64,000 bases of DNA from Mobula hypostoma (lineage: Eukaryota), in assembly GCF_963921235.1 (NCBI RefSeq), contig NC_086109.1:31932001-31996000 (forward strand). The letters run 5' to 3'. The notes beneath the pieces are model-generated. The model worked only from the letters and a program-made list of their open reading frames with translations. It was not told the DNA's origin and searched no databases. Of the stretch, positions 59,831 to 64,000 are shown one piece after another. Position 1 is the stretch's first letter. Every line of letters begins with the position of its first letter. The position numbers were made by a program, and so were the translations under genes.

Positions 59831-60714
59831 AAAATTGTGGTCTAAATTGGGAAGGCTGACGATCTAAAACTGTTGATTGCAATATTACAGCTAAATGTCT
59901 TCATGTAGCTCTTCAGCAGTTTTCTCAGTTCAGCCAGAAGAACTACTTATAGACTACAGAGATGTTTAAACGATATTAAGGATTGCTGTGGCCATCCTCT
60001 TGAGTTAGTAAAAACAATGCTTGATTGCAGTAAGGATAAAAAGCTCTGCACTATTTTATATACAGATTATTTAATCAGTAAATTAACAGTTTCTTTCTTC
60101 ACCTTCTCAAAGAACTAATTTAACCGCATTTTAAACAGGATAAATTAACATTATAATTCACCGCTAGCCTACAGCCAAAGCCTTATCACATTTCCGCATT
60201 TAATGAGTTTTTCCTACACTAAATGGATTTTAATTTGTTTCTGCGTTATTATTTGTTACAGATTATATGTGTTATAATATTAATTGTTATAGAGTCATAG
60301 AGTACTATAACACAAAGACGGAACTTTCAGTCCATCTAATCAATGCCGAACTTTTATTCTGCCTAGTCCCATCAACTCACAACTGGACTATATGTATTAT
60401 CAGAATTATTCAATTGCAGAGAATGTGCTATGTTCTCTACTGTACCACTGGACAATTCTTTATGCAGTATGCCAACAACTTGGAGACCATCACTCCTCCA
60501 AATTATAGTGGGTCAAGTTTCATAAACTGACATGTTCATGGATGGATTTAAAAGCATACTGATCTGCTAACATTCAGAGTGGTTTTCTATCTTCAGAAAC
60601 ATAAGATACTTCAATTTGTTTCCTTTTCCTTTATCCATTTTAAGCTCTCAGCAAAGGTACATTTGTTATTCCATTCCTTACAAAAGATGAACTGGAAGAG
60701 CATCAGTAACAACA

Positions 60715-60910
60715 GTTTAGTGCCCCATATCTAAGAAAGGATGTGCTGGCATTGGAGAGGGTCCAGTAGAGGTTTACGAGAATTATCTCAGGAATGAAAG
60801 GGTTAATGTAAGTGTACTATTTGTTGGCTCTGGGTCTGTAATCTCATGAATTTAGAATAGGGGGGGACCCCAAATATTAAAAGGCCTAGACAGAGTGGAC
60901 ATGGAGACAA
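60715..60910 (+). mobile_element. CR1 ORF2 C-terminal fragment
   Basis: PYLRKDVLALERVQ*RFTRIISGMKGL. Confidence 0.75.
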
Positions 60911-61639
60911 TATGGGTTAAGTGGAGATGGTTTATGTAATGTTTGGATCTATTTGTTTTAGAGCAATGACCATCCCCTTAGCACTACGCATTGATCTGTT
61001 GTCTACACATGGGCATTGTTCTCGCTCTCTCTCTCACTGCAATGTGAATACACCAGTTAAAGCCATCACCCACACAGGTGCTTTTATTTAATTGATATGT
61101 CATTGTGCACAAACACCACAGTTTAAGAGTGGCATTTACTTCCAAATGAGCACAGGATTTAATAATTATAACACTGCAGCTGAGGCTGAGGGAGAGAATT
61201 GTCATATGGCTCCCAGCTCACGGATTCCATTAGAAAGGTTTTGGATATTTCTGAAGGTGAATGCATTTAAATCTAATGATTCACGAGCAAGACACTTCTG
61301 ATACATTTAATCTTCAACAGCATGATCTTGCTGAACAAATGTTAATTCTTTGCCAACGTCTAGATTGTACAGACTCCTTGGATAATGGTAAAAAGTCCAT
61401 GGGATAGAAAAGGTTGGGAATCCTTGGATCACCAACGTGTACAATTTTTCCATAGCAGATTTCTTCTGTGTGATGTTCTCCATATCTCCCTGGCTTCAGT
61501 GCACAAGTGCATCATGCAGCTTACCATTCTCCTCTTTGACACAATAACCAGCACACATCAAATGGGCATCGACAGCTAGACTGAGAGGTCGTAAGGCTAT
61601 GCAGACCAGATTGACTTTTCTTGTCTCCAGCATATAATC

Positions 61640-61880
61640 TTCTCCTCGTTCCTTTGAGACAGTCTCCTGGGATTAAGGGTGAGTTGCTTCCACTCCGGTA
61701 TTGTGGGTCCTGAGGTGACTGACTGACCGAAACTCTTCCACAGAAAAGAGAGCTGGTACCCTTTGAAGCAGATGGAAGCTAGTTTGTGAGGCCATCTGTT
61801 CCTTTTGCTACTGTGAGTCAATGTCTGTTCTCAGTGAATGACTTGAGGTTCTCAGAATCTTCCACAATGTTCTCCATATT
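61640..61880 (-). mobile_element. Old RTE 3' end remnant
   Basis: 'ttgcttccactccggtattgtgggtcctgaggtgactga' reads SHLRTH..GVEA on the minus strand, like the RTE C-terminus at ~47060. Confidence 0.5.
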
Positions 61881-61904
61881 CATCGTTCGTATTTGCTTCT
61901 GACT

Positions 61905-62165
61905 AAGGAGGCCATTCGGCCCACCATGTCTACACTGGCTCAGATCAATCCAATTGTTCCTATCTACCTGTAACCTATTCCCTCAAGCCCCCCAATTCAC
62001 AACAGGGACAATTACAGTAGCTAGTCAACCTAACAACAAGCATATAGTTGGGATGTGGAAGGAAAATGGAGCAGTCAGGAGAAACCCCAGTGTGCACAGG
62101 AGGAATTGCACTCTTCATGTTCGTAGCACCAGAGATCAGGAGCAAACACAGCTGTCCCTGCACCA
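61905..62165 (-). mobile_element. V-SINE / HE1-like SINE remnant
   Basis: 'gaggccattcggccc' CR1-type tail; 'ttgggatgtggaaggaaaatggagcagtcaggagaaacccc...cacaggag' reverse V-domain. Confidence 0.6.
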
Positions 62166-62699
62166 AGCTTTATTTATTTTTGTCATGGCTCAGGTTTAGA
62201 CAGACAGAGGTGAACTGCTCTCGGCACAAAACCTAAACACTGACCTACAAAACACGGTGCTCAACTGACCTTCTCCTCTCAGTAAAAATACAAGCAGGCA
62301 ATTGGAGCTACACCTGTCATCTCATAACTTAGCTGAGATCCCAAAGCAAAACAAAAAATTGAGAAATGTGGCAAAGGAAATCAGTTCTAAACCAAACTCT
62401 ATTGAAGATGTAGACAGTACCATAAGAGTTAGAACAATGCAATTTCACCCTCATTATCCACATGCTTTCAATAGAGATTTTACAGAAAAATTTGGGGAAA
62501 TCTCTTTCTCCACTTCTACTAGTAATGGGTCAGAGCTTTTGCAGTGTCGGTGGGGATATTGCATTTTATTCCTTAAAGAGACTTTGAGGAATCTTTTTCT
62601 CTCTGCAGTTACAGGTGATCTCCAGAGCCAAGGCAGCATAATTAGGGTCTCAGTGCACTGAGGCTAGCTCACAAAACTTTGCAGTGAATTGGAGGCTCT

Positions 62700-63060
62700 T
62701 GCAGAGATACTGTTGGTGGCATCATTGCGCCGTTGTGAGATGGTCCTGGTATTGAATCAGGTTCAATTCTGGTAGGCCAAGAATGTGCATCTGGCCTGAG
62801 GTCTTGATTATCAAGTATCTTTTACCCCAAACAACCAAAATCTTTGCCAGTTCCTTGAAGGTGATATTGAATGGCTGCCCTCACTGAATGGAATCTCCCA
62901 AGGTTTCGAATCAGATGGCAGTGTTTTTCTGCAGGGACAGGTTGAAAGAGGGGTCTAGCATTGTGAATGTTAGGTGCAATTTCTATCCTCTAGAATGCCA
63001 CATTGAACAAGCCAACAATGCCTTAGAATGCAGATTTTTCATAGCAGTAAATCCAAGCTT
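62700..63060 (-). mobile_element. Ancient RTE RT fragment
   Basis: Minus strand across frames: LG..SVRAAI.QYHLQ...FG.L.KR.LDNQDLRP, comparable to 46330-46470. Confidence 0.4.
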
Positions 63061-64000
63061 TCTCTACCTATTGCAACTCTCTTACTGACTCTTGGGTAAG
63101 CTTGATTCAGTTCATATTGACACTCAGTCGATAGGTTTCCCATTGGTTCCATTACTAGCTCCACTCCTACAGGAGGTTGGTTAGTACTGCAGTAAAACAC
63201 TGTGACGAGAAGGACTGAGAGGAAGGCTTCATTCTCTCAAAGCTTTGCAGTCAACGAGCTATCAGGTTGATGGAAAGGAAGCCAAGACCAGACGTCCACA
63301 AGAAAGTTCACACATAATCAACAGACAGCTGATCATATGTTACAAGATCATGAAGTCATGAGAAAAGAAAGAGTATGTCACTTAGCACCTTATGTTTGCT
63401 CTGTCAATCAATATGGCTGATCTGCCCCAGGCCTATATCCACCCTTGTTCCACTTAGAAACTCTATTTATCTCACTATGAACTCCAAAATTAAAACTGGT
63501 TCCTCTTTCCTAAGAGTTTATTTGATTGGGGCTACTCCACCCCCCAACAAAGAAAATGCATATTGTATTTCTTTGAAATACATTTTTGTCTGCACGCAGA
63601 GAAAAAATCTACTAGTACATTTGTCACTATTATGATTTCTATCTGCAAATAGATTTACACTATGTTACAAGAAGCCACTAATGAGAGAAGATGCAATATC
63701 ACCTCTCCAAATAGCATCACAAAACATATATACCAATAGACAAAATCTGAAAGTGAAGTAAAAAATGCTTTCAGAACATAAAATACTATTAGACAAAAAA
63801 TATTAGAATGTGGCCTTAATACATACCATGAGATAAGGAGAATGTGAGAAAAAGTCTCAGATGATAAGAGGCCCAAGATGACTTTATTTTACGCAAAGAA
63901 AATTGTGAAGTGGGGAAATATGCTTACACCAGGGATCCACATTTATCAAGGTTGGATGCAAATTGATTTCACTGCCTATCAAAGCACAGCAAGCCAACAA

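Noticed and set aside
61365..61430. hAT MITE end 'aaaaggttgggaatccttg'
   Set aside because: Only one terminus is visible, with no matching left TIR or TSD

Overview
This is AT-rich, repeat-dense vertebrate DNA. The mix of repeat families (CR1 with SGNH-type ORF1, Rex1/Babar, RTE, Penelope-like elements, V-SINE/HE1-like and CORE-type tRNA-SINEs, Tc1/mariner, Charlie-type hAT) suggests a cartilaginous fish, probably a ray; this is an inference, and no search was run. I could not support any host protein-coding exon, rRNA, true tRNA or CRISPR array. The window reads as intergenic or deep intronic sequence, and every recognisable ORF is a decayed transposon. The most informative structures are: (1) a complete 7-kb Charlie-type hAT fossil (31997-39017) with both TIRs, a recognisable 8-bp TSD and five nested insertions; (2) inside it, a 2-kb non-autonomous LTR element whose primer-binding site is complementary to its own LTR about 30 nt after the TATA box, the Tf1/sushi self-priming signature; (3) minimal hammerhead ribozyme motifs in two Penelope-like families, one with an intact core; (4) a multi-copy ~0.6-0.7 kb non-coding retroposon with no tRNA head and a YY1-like 5' motif; (5) local rearrangements, including a MITE that copied its own flank in inverted orientation, an internal Tc1 inversion and a ~200-bp fold-back insertion; (6) TE-free TAAT/Sox-rich blocks that may be conserved non-coding elements. 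Family calls rest on recognising motifs by eye, and boundaries without a stated TSD are approximate.
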